From positions 450 through 64,449 of the forward strand of contig CALVVS010000001.1 of the NCBI GenBank assembly GCA_944363925.1: 64,000 nt of DNA, in the 5' to 3' direction. The stretch comes from an uncultured Bacilli bacterium (GTDB taxonomy: Bacteria; Bacillota_I; Bacilli_A; RF39; UBA660). The notes beneath the pieces were generated by a model. It was not told the origin of the DNA and did not search any database. It saw only the letters and a list, made by a program, of their open reading frames with translations. Shown here one piece after another: positions 28,242 to 38,146 of the stretch. A program made the position numbers and the translations under genes. The stretch's first letter is position 1. Every line of letters starts with the position of its first letter.

Positions 28242-28686
28242 TAACCACAAACATTATCATCCCGTAAAGTAAATTCAAAATAAGCGATTTTAAAATACTA
28301 TATCCTAAAGCCACGATTTCAAAATGTATACTGTTGATAAACACCAAAAGTCCATAAGTAATAACCCTATAAAAAACAATACTTAAAGCAAGTATAATCA
28401 AAGCATTAATAAAATTATCACTTAAAACCAAATTAAGCCTTATAATTATAAAAGCCATAAAGCAAAAAATAATCGCATGAAAAATAATCGTATCCGTATA
28501 AATCAAATCATATGCTAAACCAGTAAAAAAGGCATACTTATAATAATCTGCACTATTTTCAAAAAAAGGACAAATCATAATCAAAGCTACTAAAGTAAAT
28601 AAAGGAGCCAAATATCCATTAATCGTCACAAAATTAGAAATAACTCCCTCAAGTAAAAAAGAAACTATTAAAATAATAACTTTCAT
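28204..28686 (-). CDS. mreD: Rod shape-determining protein MreD
   Basis: 160-aa polytopic membrane protein directly downstream of mreC. Confidence 0.7.
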   Translation of the reverse strand: MKVIILIVSFLLEGVISNFVTINGYLAPLFTLVALIMICPFFENSADYYKYAFFTGLAYDLIYTDTIIFHAIIFCFMAFIIIRLNLVLSDNFINALIILALSIVFYRVITYGLLVFINSIHFEIVALGYSILKSLILNLLYGMIMFVVIKKVPKRRRYFD

Positions 28687-29543
28687 TAGTTACTCACCCT
28701 TTTTAATACCGTCACATAATCTAAATCATCAAAATTAACCGAAGCTTCCACCTCAGCAACCTTCGATAAATCAAAATTATCCGTCGTCACCTTTTTTACC
28801 TTGCCAATCATAAGACCACTAGGAAATACCGTTCCCATACCAGTTGTCACCACATCGGCCCCTTCAGTAATCTCCTCATTTTCACTAATACCCTCAACCG
28901 TATAAGTATTAGTCTTTGAATCATACATCGAAATAAGCCCGTAAACATAATCATCTTTCGTCTTTATCTTCACACTTATCTTATCGCTCATATGGTCATT
29001 AGAAAGTAACTGTACTGTACTAGAATAATTACTAACCTTTGTAATCTTCCCAATAAGTCCCTTTGGTGTAACCACTGCCATATCCTTTTCAATGCCATTT
29101 TTAAGGCCCTTATCAATCGTAACCTCCTCGTACCAATAACCAATATTTCTCGATACCACTGTCGCATTGAGAAAAACCTTATCACTTAAAACCGTATTAA
29201 GCTCCAAAGTATCTTTTAATTTATCAATTTCACTGCGCAAATTATCATTTTGCGAAACTACTGAATCAATTTGTTCTTCTTTATTTTTTAATTCCTTATA
29301 TTTCTCATATACATTATCTTTTTCAATCATTTCCTCTATACTATCATGTACAAAATTAAATGGTGCGGAAACAACTTTTAAAACCACTGTCCCAATATCC
29401 TTTGCCACCTTCTCAATAGGGTTCAAATCCCGATCCTTCTGCAAAGATACCGCCAACACCACTAAAACTAAAGCAATAGCTATAACTACCAATATAAATA
29501 AATATCTCTTGTCAAAACCTCTTTTTTTATACATAGCTATCAC
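28686..29543 (-). CDS. mreC: Rod shape-determining protein MreC
   Basis: N-terminal TM, coiled coil (..QNDNLRSEIDKLKDTLELN..), C-terminal beta domain (..GLIGKITKV.., GMGTVFPSGLMIGKV). Confidence 0.85.
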   Translation of the reverse strand: MIAMYKKRGFDKRYLFILVVIAIALVLVVLAVSLQKDRDLNPIEKVAKDIGTVVLKVVSAPFNFVHDSIEEMIEKDNVYEKYKELKNKEEQIDSVVSQNDNLRSEIDKLKDTLELNTVLSDKVFLNATVVSRNIGYWYEEVTIDKGLKNGIEKDMAVVTPKGLIGKITKVSNYSSTVQLLSNDHMSDKISVKIKTKDDYVYGLISMYDSKTNTYTVEGISENEEITEGADVVTTGMGTVFPSGLMIGKVKKVTTDNFDLSKVAEVEASVNFDDLDYVTVLKRVSN

Positions 29544-29580
29544 CCATTAAAATTATAATACATTTTGAAAATAAAACCAA

Positions 29581-30261
29581 CTATATTTCTCCATTTTCTA
29601 AAAAACTATAGTACTTATCATCTCCAATAATAATATGGTCATCTAATCTAATTCCCATAATAAGCCCCACTTCTCTAATCCTAATTGTCATATTAATATC
29701 TTCTTTACTCGGTTTCACATCACCGCTTGGATGATTATGCACACAAATAATCGAAGACGCATTAAGTAAATAAGCCTCTTTAAAAATATCACGCGGATGA
29801 ACCAAACTATAATTAGCCGTTCCCATAAATAATAATTTCTCTTCAATCACCTTTTTACCCGCATCTAAATATATACAATAAAACTGTTCCTGCGAACCAT
29901 TAATTTTATCTTTATAAAACTCAAATACCTTATCCGACCGGTTAAGCCTAACTTTCTTTAAAGAAACAATCTTTCTATTCATCCTTCGGCTTATCTCACT
30001 CATAGCTACTAAAGTGCAGGCCTTCGCCTCACCTATCCCTTTAAACTTCTTAAGCTCGTGAAAATTTATATTTTTTAAATTCTCTATTCCTCCAAAAACA
30101 CTTAAAATATAAATTGCAAGCTCCTTAGCTGACATCCCCTTAACACCCGTCTTCAAAATAATAGATAGTAACTCCTCATCACTTAAATTCTCTACTCCAT
30201 AATTAATTAATCGCTCTCTTGGTCTTTCCAATAACGGTATTTCCTTTATTTTAATGCTCAT
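29581..30261 (-). CDS. radC: RadC-like JAB-domain protein (UPF0758)
   Basis: HNHPSGDVKPSKEDI JAMM motif and an N-terminal helix-hairpin-helix region. Confidence 0.88.
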   Translation of the reverse strand: MSIKIKEIPLLERPRERLINYGVENLSDEELLSIILKTGVKGMSAKELAIYILSVFGGIENLKNINFHELKKFKGIGEAKACTLVAMSEISRRMNRKIVSLKKVRLNRSDKVFEFYKDKINGSQEQFYCIYLDAGKKVIEEKLLFMGTANYSLVHPRDIFKEAYLLNASSIICVHNHPSGDVKPSKEDINMTIRIREVGLIMGIRLDDHIIIGDDKYYSFLENGEI

Positions 30262-30722
30262 TTAACCAACTCCTCATATTTTGCTAAAATCTGATTACAA
30301 ATCACTTTTATCGACTCACTATCATCTGTCTTTGAAAGTAACTCATCATATTGCCTCAAAACATCAGTAAACTCCCCATTATCCGTAATTTTATCTTTCA
30401 AAAAAGTATCATAACCCAAAGATTTATAATAATTTTGAATTTTCAAAGCATTATCTTTACTAGTCGTAATTCCAATATAAGTATAATAACTATTATCCTC
30501 AACATTATATATATAATGAGTAAAATCTTTCATCCCATCCTTCATACTATCCATATCTGAATAAACTCCTCTTTGAATATAATATAAAGTCTCAGCCTCA
30601 CTTGAAACAGCTAAAGCTGGCATATTTTCATATTGCCTTATAATAAAATAAGCCATAAAAACTCCTAAAACTAAAGATACCGAAATTGGAAATAAATATT
30701 TCTTCATAATATCACCTACCAT
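30258..30722 (-). CDS. Hypothetical membrane-anchored protein
   Basis: N-terminal TM (YLFPISVSLVLGVFMAYFII). It overlaps the radC start. Confidence 0.5.
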   Translation of the reverse strand: MVGDIMKKYLFPISVSLVLGVFMAYFIIRQYENMPALAVSSEAETLYYIQRGVYSDMDSMKDGMKDFTHYIYNVEDNSYYTYIGITTSKDNALKIQNYYKSLGYDTFLKDKITDNGEFTDVLRQYDELLSKTDDSESIKVICNQILAKYEELVK

Positions 30723-30869
30723 AACTTTAAAATAAATAACTTATTTTTTTTGTCACCTAAAGTCACCTTCATAATATATATACGATTTTTTTAATTAAAA
30801 TCCTTTTTTTTACTAAAATTATTTTTCAATTAATCAATAAATTGTTATAATAAAAATAGAGGTGAAAAC

Positions 30870-31721
30870 ATGTCTTATAAATTAGATAAAAAGAAATCAA
30901 ATAAATTTAGCAAATTTTTAATCGCATCTGGAATTGCCGTAGCCTTAATTGGTCAAGGATATGCTGGTATTACCATTTTTAGTCAATTAGAAGGTGTTAA
31001 AACAAATGACACCATCATAACCCAAGTCATCACCGATAAACAAGCAGACACTAAAGCCCAAGAAAATAATAATAATAATATAGACCAAGATATAAACCAA
31101 GAAGAATATATCCCCAAATATGATATTAACGAATTACAACAGCAATATCCAAATGCTTGGGGCATCTTAGAAAAACCAAACGGTACAGCTTTTCCAATTG
31201 CCACCACCAATTCTAGAGAAGAAGAAGACTACTATCTTACACACACCTTAGATGGTAACTATAGTAGCTCTGGAACCGTTTTCTTAGACCATCAAAACGA
31301 TAAAGACATGAACAACCAAGTCAGCCGTATTTGGGGACATAATCTACTTGGTGAAAACATGTTTGGTGATTTAACTGAATATCAAAATCAAGGTCAAAAC
31401 TTTTATGATCAAAATAAAACATATACTCTTTATACTGCTAAAGGTGTATATCAATTAGACGTATTTGCCGCCCTAGAAGAAGACGGAACTACTCAAGAAT
31501 TTGACTATAATAACCAAGATGCTTTTCTCGAAGATATGTATAATAATATAAACGCATCTAATTTTACTTCAGATGTAACCATCGAACCAGATAACCAAGT
31601 CATTATTTTAGAATGCTGTCCAGATAGAGGAAGTGCCTTTTCCGGAAATAATCGGTTTGCTGTTTATACCAAAATAACCCCAATCTACGAATACGATTTA
31701 TCACAAAATAAAACCTTATAA
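30870..31721 (+). CDS. Sortase-B-like protein with an atypical active-site region (ILECC instead of TLxTC)
   Basis: N-terminal TM. NAWGILEKPNGTAFPIATT, DYYLTHTLDG, RIWGHN (His), QVIILECCPDRGS, NRFAVYTKI (Arg). This is the same domain order as the srtB at 12181. Confidence 0.55.
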   Translation: MSYKLDKKKSNKFSKFLIASGIAVALIGQGYAGITIFSQLEGVKTNDTIITQVITDKQADTKAQENNNNNIDQDINQEEYIPKYDINELQQQYPNAWGILEKPNGTAFPIATTNSREEEDYYLTHTLDGNYSSSGTVFLDHQNDKDMNNQVSRIWGHNLLGENMFGDLTEYQNQGQNFYDQNKTYTLYTAKGVYQLDVFAALEEDGTTQEFDYNNQDAFLEDMYNNINASNFTSDVTIEPDNQVIILECCPDRGSAFSGNNRFAVYTKITPIYEYDLSQNKTL

Positions 31722-31773
31722 AACTAACCAAATTTTATAAGGTTTTTATTAACTCTATTTTCATTTTAAAATA

Positions 31774-32973
31774 CTACTTTAATAACCACTCTATTATATT
31801 AATAACCTTTATTCCATTAAAATCATTATTAATAGGTTTATCCATTGTAAGTATTATCTTTTCATAATTATCATTAATACTCTCCAAACTTCTAAGTTCT
31901 CTTTTTTTAACATCATCATTTACTAAAGATTGGGTTACCTGATAATACTTTATTTCATTAGGACTCTCAACCACAAAATCAACTTCATAGTCGCCTGACT
32001 TACCAATGTTAACTCTATACCCACGTCTAAGCAATTCTAAATAAACCACATTTTCAAGTAAATGCCCTTCATCAATATTTCTAAACCCCAGTATTATATT
32101 TCTTATTCCAGTATCCGCAATATAGTACTTACCTAAAGTTTTCAGTAAAGATTTACTTCTTATATCAGTTCTATCAGCTTTGTACATTATATATGATTTT
32201 TCTAACATACTTAAATAATTATCTATTGTTTGATGATTTGACTTAAGAGTAATTTTATTGCTATTCAAATAATCACTTATTTTAGTCGATGATATAAAAC
32301 TACCTATATTATTAGCTAAATATTTAATAATATTTTCAAGCAAAGCCATATCTTTTATATTATTTCTATCTATTATATCCTTTTTCACAATACTATTATA
32401 AATATCATTCAGATAAGACAAAACAAGCTCATCATTATCCTTTATAGATGTAATTGCCGGAAGACCTCCATACTTTAAATACTCTCTAAATTTTTCATCT
32501 AAATTATTATTATCATAGTTATTAAATTTTAAATATTCTTTAAATGATAAAGGATACATCTTTATTTCAATATACCTGCCCGATAATAATGTCGATAATT
32601 CCGATGATAAAAGATAAGCATTTGAACCAGTTATATAAATATCTATATTAAAATCAACCTTAAAAGAATTAATAGCCTTCTCCCAAAACTCTACATTTTG
32701 TACTTCATCTAATAGTAAATAAACTTTTTCATCCTTTATTCTATCCTTTACATAACTATATAAATCTTTATAATTTGTTATATTATCATACATTGCTGAT
32801 TCAAAATTAATATATATAATATTTTCATTTATAATACCACTATTAAGTAAATAATCTCTAAACATCATTAAAAGAGTTGACTTTCCACTTCTCCTAACTC
32901 CTGTAATAACTTTTATAAATTCAGTATCCTTAGCATCAACTATTTTTTTTAAATAATTTTCTCTTATTATCAT
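31774..32973 (-). CDS. AAA-family ATPase with a DUF4143-type C-terminal domain
   Basis: Walker A GVRRSGKSTLL, Walker B LLLDEVQ. Confidence 0.8.
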   Translation of the reverse strand: MIIRENYLKKIVDAKDTEFIKVITGVRRSGKSTLLMMFRDYLLNSGIINENIIYINFESAMYDNITNYKDLYSYVKDRIKDEKVYLLLDEVQNVEFWEKAINSFKVDFNIDIYITGSNAYLLSSELSTLLSGRYIEIKMYPLSFKEYLKFNNYDNNNLDEKFREYLKYGGLPAITSIKDNDELVLSYLNDIYNSIVKKDIIDRNNIKDMALLENIIKYLANNIGSFISSTKISDYLNSNKITLKSNHQTIDNYLSMLEKSYIMYKADRTDIRSKSLLKTLGKYYIADTGIRNIILGFRNIDEGHLLENVVYLELLRRGYRVNIGKSGDYEVDFVVESPNEIKYYQVTQSLVNDDVKKRELRSLESINDNYEKIILTMDKPINNDFNGIKVINIIEWLLK

Positions 32974-33018
32974 TTTTCAATCACCACTTTCATAATATCA
33001 TAAAATAATATTTTTGTA

Positions 33019-33046
33019 AAGTTTTGCAAGTGCACTTGCAAAACTT
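33019..33046. promoter_or_regulatory. Perfect 28-bp palindrome AAGTTTTGCAAGTGCACTTGCAAAACTT abutting the predicted promoter (TTTACA-17-TATTAT) of the AAA ATPase gene
   Basis: Reverse complement is identical over 28 bp. It sits between the ftsZ stop and the ATPase start. Confidence 0.7.
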
Positions 33047-33102
33047 CGATATTTTGACATTTTTTGCAAATAAAACAACAAAAAAGCCTTCAAAACGAAA
33101 GC

Positions 33103-34143
33103 TTAATAATTTCCCCTTTTTCTAAGGAAAGCTGGAATAACAGTATCTTCATCATCTAATCCGGCAATAGGAATTACATCGTCATCTTCTTTTTCCTTAC
33201 TTTGATCAAAACCAGTTGCAATAACCGTTACGATAAGTTCATCCGTAAAATTCTCATTAATAACTGCACCAAATATTGTATTAATATCAGTATTAGCTGA
33301 TTTTCTAATCGCTTCAACTGCCTCTTCAACTTCAAATAAAGTTAAATTTGGTCCACCAGTAACATTGATAATCGCATCAGTTGCTCCATCAATACTAGTC
33401 TCTAAAAGTGGACTAAGTACAGCTTGATTAGCCGCTTCAACCGCTCTATCTTCACCTACGCCAGCACCTATACCAATAAGCGCATTGCCACGTTTTTCCA
33501 TAACAGTTTTAACATCCGCAAAATCCAAATTAATAAGTCCTGGACAAGCAATCAAATCAGAAATAGATTGTACTCCACGTCTAAGTACATTATCAACCTC
33601 TTTAAATGAATCTAAAAGTGGTGTTGATTTATCGATAATCTCTCTTAATCTATCATTTGGTACCACAATTAAAGTATCAACATGTTTCTTAAGTTCTTCA
33701 ATTCCGGCCAAAGCTTGCTCCATCCTCTTTTTACCTTCAAAAGAAAATGGTTTAGTTACAATTCCAATCGTCAAAGCTCCTGAATTTTGGGCAATATCAG
33801 CGATAACTGGAGCAGCTCCAGTACCAGTTCCACCACCCATACCACAAGTGATAAATACCATATCTGCCCCTTTCAAAGCCTCTTCTAATTCACTTTTAGA
33901 CTCTAAAGCTGCTTCCTTTCCAATTTGTGGATTTGCTCCAGCACCAAGTCCATGAGTAAGCTCTACACCTATTTGAATTTTATGTTCAGCCAAAGAATTA
34001 TTAAGAACTTGTGAATCTGTATTTGCCACTATAAATTCTACGCCTTCTACGGATTCAGTCATTCGATTAACCGCATTACAGCCGCCGCCCCCGACACCTA
34101 TTACTTTTATTTTTGCAAGTTGATCCATTTCAATTCCCATCAT
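33103..34143 (-). CDS. ftsZ: Cell division protein FtsZ
   Basis: [20 protein letters not shown] tubulin signature. Confidence 0.95.
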   Translation of the reverse strand: MMGIEMDQLAKIKVIGVGGGGCNAVNRMTESVEGVEFIVANTDSQVLNNSLAEHKIQIGVELTHGLGAGANPQIGKEAALESKSELEEALKGADMVFITCGMGGGTGTGAAPVIADIAQNSGALTIGIVTKPFSFEGKKRMEQALAGIEELKKHVDTLIVVPNDRLREIIDKSTPLLDSFKEVDNVLRRGVQSISDLIACPGLINLDFADVKTVMEKRGNALIGIGAGVGEDRAVEAANQAVLSPLLETSIDGATDAIINVTGGPNLTLFEVEEAVEAIRKSANTDINTIFGAVINENFTDELIVTVIATGFDQSKEKEDDDVIPIAGLDDEDTVIPAFLRKRGNY

Positions 34144-34155
34144 ATTAATTTCCTC

Positions 34156-35385
34156 CTATTCGCCAAAAAAGTAACCAAATACTTTCCCTAGCATTGTATC
34201 ATCGTTAGAATTTTCCTTTGGTGAAGAAATTTCATCCATTTCATCTTCACTAAGCATCGAATAATCCATGCCCTTTAATTTTAATGTATTTAGAAAATAA
34301 ATAATATTTCCAATTACTGTACTATATTTATTATTTCTAACTCCTACTAATTTAACTGTTCCTTTACTAGCTGACGGTAATACATCTCGCACACAGTATT
34401 CAAAATCCAGCATGTTACTCATGCCACCAGTTACTATTATATACTGAATTGGCTTATTTGTTAAGTCTTTTAACTCATTTTTTGCCAAAGTAAGTATCTC
34501 ATTAATTCTACTCATTACTACCTCAGAAGCTGCTCGTTGATTAATTTTAATCCTCACATTATCTGAATTAACCGTCTCATAAACATCGTGAATATTCGCA
34601 TTTTTAACATGTGCCAAAGCAAACTTTTCTTTGATTTTTCTAGCCTCAGATAATTCAATCTTATACATATGTGCTAAATCATGATCAATATCATTTCCTC
34701 CAGCTCCAATTATTTTTGTACTAACTGGAATACTTTTATTATATAAAGATACCGTCGTAATTTCTGCCCCAACATTTATTATCGCACTAATACACTTATC
34801 AAGTGCCTCATTTTTAAAACAATTCATATCGCCAATACTAGATGTCGAAATATCGACAATCTCGATACCTAAACTCTCAAGTATACTGGCCACTGAATAG
34901 ACATTTTTCTTCGGCGTCGTTACCATCATCGCTCTTCCAACTAACTTTTTGCCAGGAACTCCTTTAGGATCCTTCATAACCGTTTTCCCATCAATCTTAA
35001 AATCAATCGGCACCACCGTTACAAACTCCTCATTAGGACTTAAATTAGCTTTAATTCCCGCCTTATATGAATTAATCATATCATTAGAAGATATCAAACC
35101 AGAGCGCACATCACACTCACCTCTAATAAGTTTATATTCAGCCATATGATTAGGCACATTCGCAATAACTTTTTTAATTTTAATTCCAAGCATCTCTTCA
35201 ATAGACCTAAAAGCCATTAATATTGACTTCGTAGCTAATTCAGGTTCAGTTATTAACCCCTTTCTTATTCCCCGTGAAGGAATAGACGTTGCCGCAAGTA
35301 AATTCAAATGCTTTTGATATAATTCACACACTGCAAGTTTAATGGAATCAGATCCAAGCTCAATACTTGCGTAAACTTGCTCCAT
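34156..35385 (-). CDS. ftsA: Cell division protein FtsA
   Basis: Actin-fold ATPase (IELGSDSIKLAV..., IVTGGMS) upstream of ftsZ. Confidence 0.92.
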   Translation of the reverse strand: MEQVYASIELGSDSIKLAVCELYQKHLNLLAATSIPSRGIRKGLITEPELATKSILMAFRSIEEMLGIKIKKVIANVPNHMAEYKLIRGECDVRSGLISSNDMINSYKAGIKANLSPNEEFVTVVPIDFKIDGKTVMKDPKGVPGKKLVGRAMMVTTPKKNVYSVASILESLGIEIVDISTSSIGDMNCFKNEALDKCISAIINVGAEITTVSLYNKSIPVSTKIIGAGGNDIDHDLAHMYKIELSEARKIKEKFALAHVKNANIHDVYETVNSDNVRIKINQRAASEVVMSRINEILTLAKNELKDLTNKPIQYIIVTGGMSNMLDFEYCVRDVLPSASKGTVKLVGVRNNKYSTVIGNIIYFLNTLKLKGMDYSMLSEDEMDEISSPKENSNDDTMLGKVFGYFFGE

Positions 35386-35491
35386 AACATCATCCTCCTA
35401 CGGTCTATCATTAATTATACTATAATTTTACCTTACTTAAAAGAAAATGTAAACCCAATTTATTTTTTTAAAGCATTTTCTTTGAAAATAA

Positions 35492-36160
35492 TTACCCTTT
35501 AACCTCAAAATATTCACCAGAATCTAAATATAAAATTCCTTTTTTATTATCAAATTCCTTAATAATATCTAAATAATCATCTATTTTCTCAAAACTATTA
35601 AGCGTTAAATAAACTTGATTACCATCGTTCATCGTTAAGAAAAACCTTCCCTCATCCACTTCATTAGGGTCATACTTAATTTCTGAAATTCTTTTAACTA
35701 TATCATAATTAACCGAAGCTATTGCTTTTAAAAACTTCTCATAAACCTTGTCAGGCACATAATTAATAACCGTTGGTACTGGAAAATTCTCTAAAACCTC
35801 CGTCTTATCCGCCAAAATGGTCTTCTGCGCCGGCAAATAATAAAATAACGGCAAATTCTCATCTATCTTTATAACCACCTTAGTTAAACTAGGTCTTTCA
35901 ACCTTAACTTCCTTTATATAAGCATCCTCTTCAAGCCTGCCTTCAATCTTTGAAGATAAAGTCTTCAAACTACTAGGATAATCATCTAAACCAGCCTTTT
36001 CAATAATCTCCCAGTCACTATAAAGAACATTTCCTTTTATCACAATATTATTAATCTTCACATCCGTCAAAAAAGCCAAACCTAAAAGAATTATTGTAAT
36101 TAAAGTCAAAACTAATAAAACATTTCTTACCTTTAACCTTCTTTTCTTCTTTCGGACCAT
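35492..36160 (-). CDS. divIB: Cell division protein DivIB/FtsQ
   Basis: Basic N-terminus, TM, POTRA-like domain, position between murB and ftsA. Confidence 0.75.
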   Translation of the reverse strand: MVRKKKRRLKVRNVLLVLTLITIILLGLAFLTDVKINNIVIKGNVLYSDWEIIEKAGLDDYPSSLKTLSSKIEGRLEEDAYIKEVKVERPSLTKVVIKIDENLPLFYYLPAQKTILADKTEVLENFPVPTVINYVPDKVYEKFLKAIASVNYDIVKRISEIKYDPNEVDEGRFFLTMNDGNQVYLTLNSFEKIDDYLDIIKEFDNKKGILYLDSGEYFEVKG

Positions 36161-36172
36161 AACATCACCTTT

Positions 36173-37024
36173 TTATTCTATAATTTCTTGTTCACACTCA
36201 AGTAAAACCCCTGTCTTCTCATAAACCGTTTTCTTTATCAAATTAATAAGTTCAATCACATCTTCGCCCTTCGCCTTGCCTAAATTAACAATAAAATTCG
36301 CATGCTTTAAAGAAACCATCGCATCTCCTACTTTAGTTCCTTTTAAACCCGCATCCTCTATCAATTTTCCAGCACTCATCAAAGGTGGGTTGCGAAAAAC
36401 AGACCCCGCCGATGGATACTCAAGTGGTTGTTTTTCTCGTCTAAGTAAACTATTTGAAACCATCTTTTCCTTAATATCTAAAATATTACCTTCTTTTAAT
36501 TTCAAAAACACTTCTAGACAAATAAGTTTCCTATGCTTAAAAATAGAATCGCGGTACCCCAACTTTAAATCATCTAAAGATAAATATAAAATATTATAAT
36601 TTTCATCCAAAACATTAACTCCTTGAACAACCGAAGCCATCTGCTTTCCATAAGCTCCCGCATTTTGACATACCGCCCCACCAATCGTCGCCGGAATTCC
36701 AAAAGCAAACTCAAGTCCACTAAGGCCTCTTTTCATACACTCTGAAGAAAGCTTAGATAAATTGTAACCGCATCCGGCCCTAACCATCGTACCATCTATA
36801 CTTAGTTTATCAAATTTTTCAAGTTTAATCAAAACCCCATCGTACTTAGAACTTATAATCAAATTAGAACCATTGCCAATAACCTTGTATTTCCCCTGTA
36901 AATTCTTTAAAAGCTCTTCCAATTCCGAAATATCATCCGGAAAATATATCGCCTTAACCACGCCAGCTAACTTATAAGTCGTATAATCTTTAATCAAAGC
37001 ATTACTTATTTTTTTCATTACCAC
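36173..37024 (-). CDS. murB: UDP-N-acetylenolpyruvoylglucosamine reductase
   Basis: FAD-binding GNGSNL, and a C-terminal domain with SAGSVFRNP. Confidence 0.88.
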   Translation of the reverse strand: MVMKKISNALIKDYTTYKLAGVVKAIYFPDDISELEELLKNLQGKYKVIGNGSNLIISSKYDGVLIKLEKFDKLSIDGTMVRAGCGYNLSKLSSECMKRGLSGLEFAFGIPATIGGAVCQNAGAYGKQMASVVQGVNVLDENYNILYLSLDDLKLGYRDSIFKHRKLICLEVFLKLKEGNILDIKEKMVSNSLLRREKQPLEYPSAGSVFRNPPLMSAGKLIEDAGLKGTKVGDAMVSLKHANFIVNLGKAKGEDVIELINLIKKTVYEKTGVLLECEQEIIE

Positions 37025-38092
37025 TAACTACCTTTTTCAAATTATCATATATTATACTTGCACTATCCTTAACCTGCATCTTACCTAAATTATCTTTAAT
37101 TTCTGAAAGTCTTTCACTATCATTTATCAAATTATCAACACTTTCAAATAAAACCCCATTTTGTAAATCTTTCTCTTCAATCATCAAAGCCGCTTTTTTA
37201 TTCACTAAATCTAAAGCGTTCAAAAACTGATGATTATTCGCCACATATGGTGATGGAATTAAAATCGTCGGCACCTTCAAAGCAATAATCTCACTTAAAG
37301 TAGATGCCCCCGCTCTTGAAACCATTAAATCAGTCTTCTTCATCACCTTCGTAAGCCCCTCGTAAAATGGAATAATCTTTACATTATCTGGATAACTGTG
37401 TTTCATAACTTCATCGTAAGAAGCCTTACCCGTTACAAATAAAATCTCATAATCCTTACCCTTAAACAAAGAAAGCTCCTTTTCTAAATACTTACTAACC
37501 CTAGAAGCCCCTAAAGACCCCATAACTATCAGTACCAACTTTTTCGATGCCGAAAGACCTAAACTAGACTTAACTAAACTAGGAACCTTTAAAGCATCCT
37601 CACTACAAGGATTACCCGTCATCACTGCTTTTCCACTAGGCATATACTTTAAAGAAGATTCAAAAGATACCCCAATTAAATCAGCGTACTTGCTTAAAAA
37701 CCTGTTAGACTTACCCGGCAAAGCATTTTGTTCGTGTAAAAAAGTCTTATACCCTAACTTTTTCGCACTAATAATTACCGGCACCGTCACATAACCACCA
37801 ACCCCAATAACAATATCCGGTTTAAACGAAGAAATAATCTTCCGGCACTCCTTAAAAGCCTTAAATAAACATCTCACTGTCTTAAAATTTCTAAATATTT
37901 TCTTACTAAAGCCATACATTTCAATCGATTTAAAAGGAATTCCTTTACTAGGAACAATATCCTTCTCCATCCTGTTATGCGTACCAATATATAAAAATTC
38001 ACTATCTGGTTCCTTCTCTTTAATCTTATTAATGATAGCCAGCGCTGGATAAATATGTCCGCCTGTACCACCCGCACTAATTATAACTCGCA
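37002..38092 (-). CDS. murG: UDP-GlcNAc:lipid I GlcNAc transferase MurG. Start at MRVIISAGGTGGH; the ORF track extends to 38147.
   Basis: SAGGTGGHIYPALA G-loop and glycosyltransferase family 28 fold. Confidence 0.88.
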
Positions 38093-38146
38093 TAAATTTC
38101 ACATCCTTAAAATAATTATATATCATAATTATATGTGCCGCAACCA

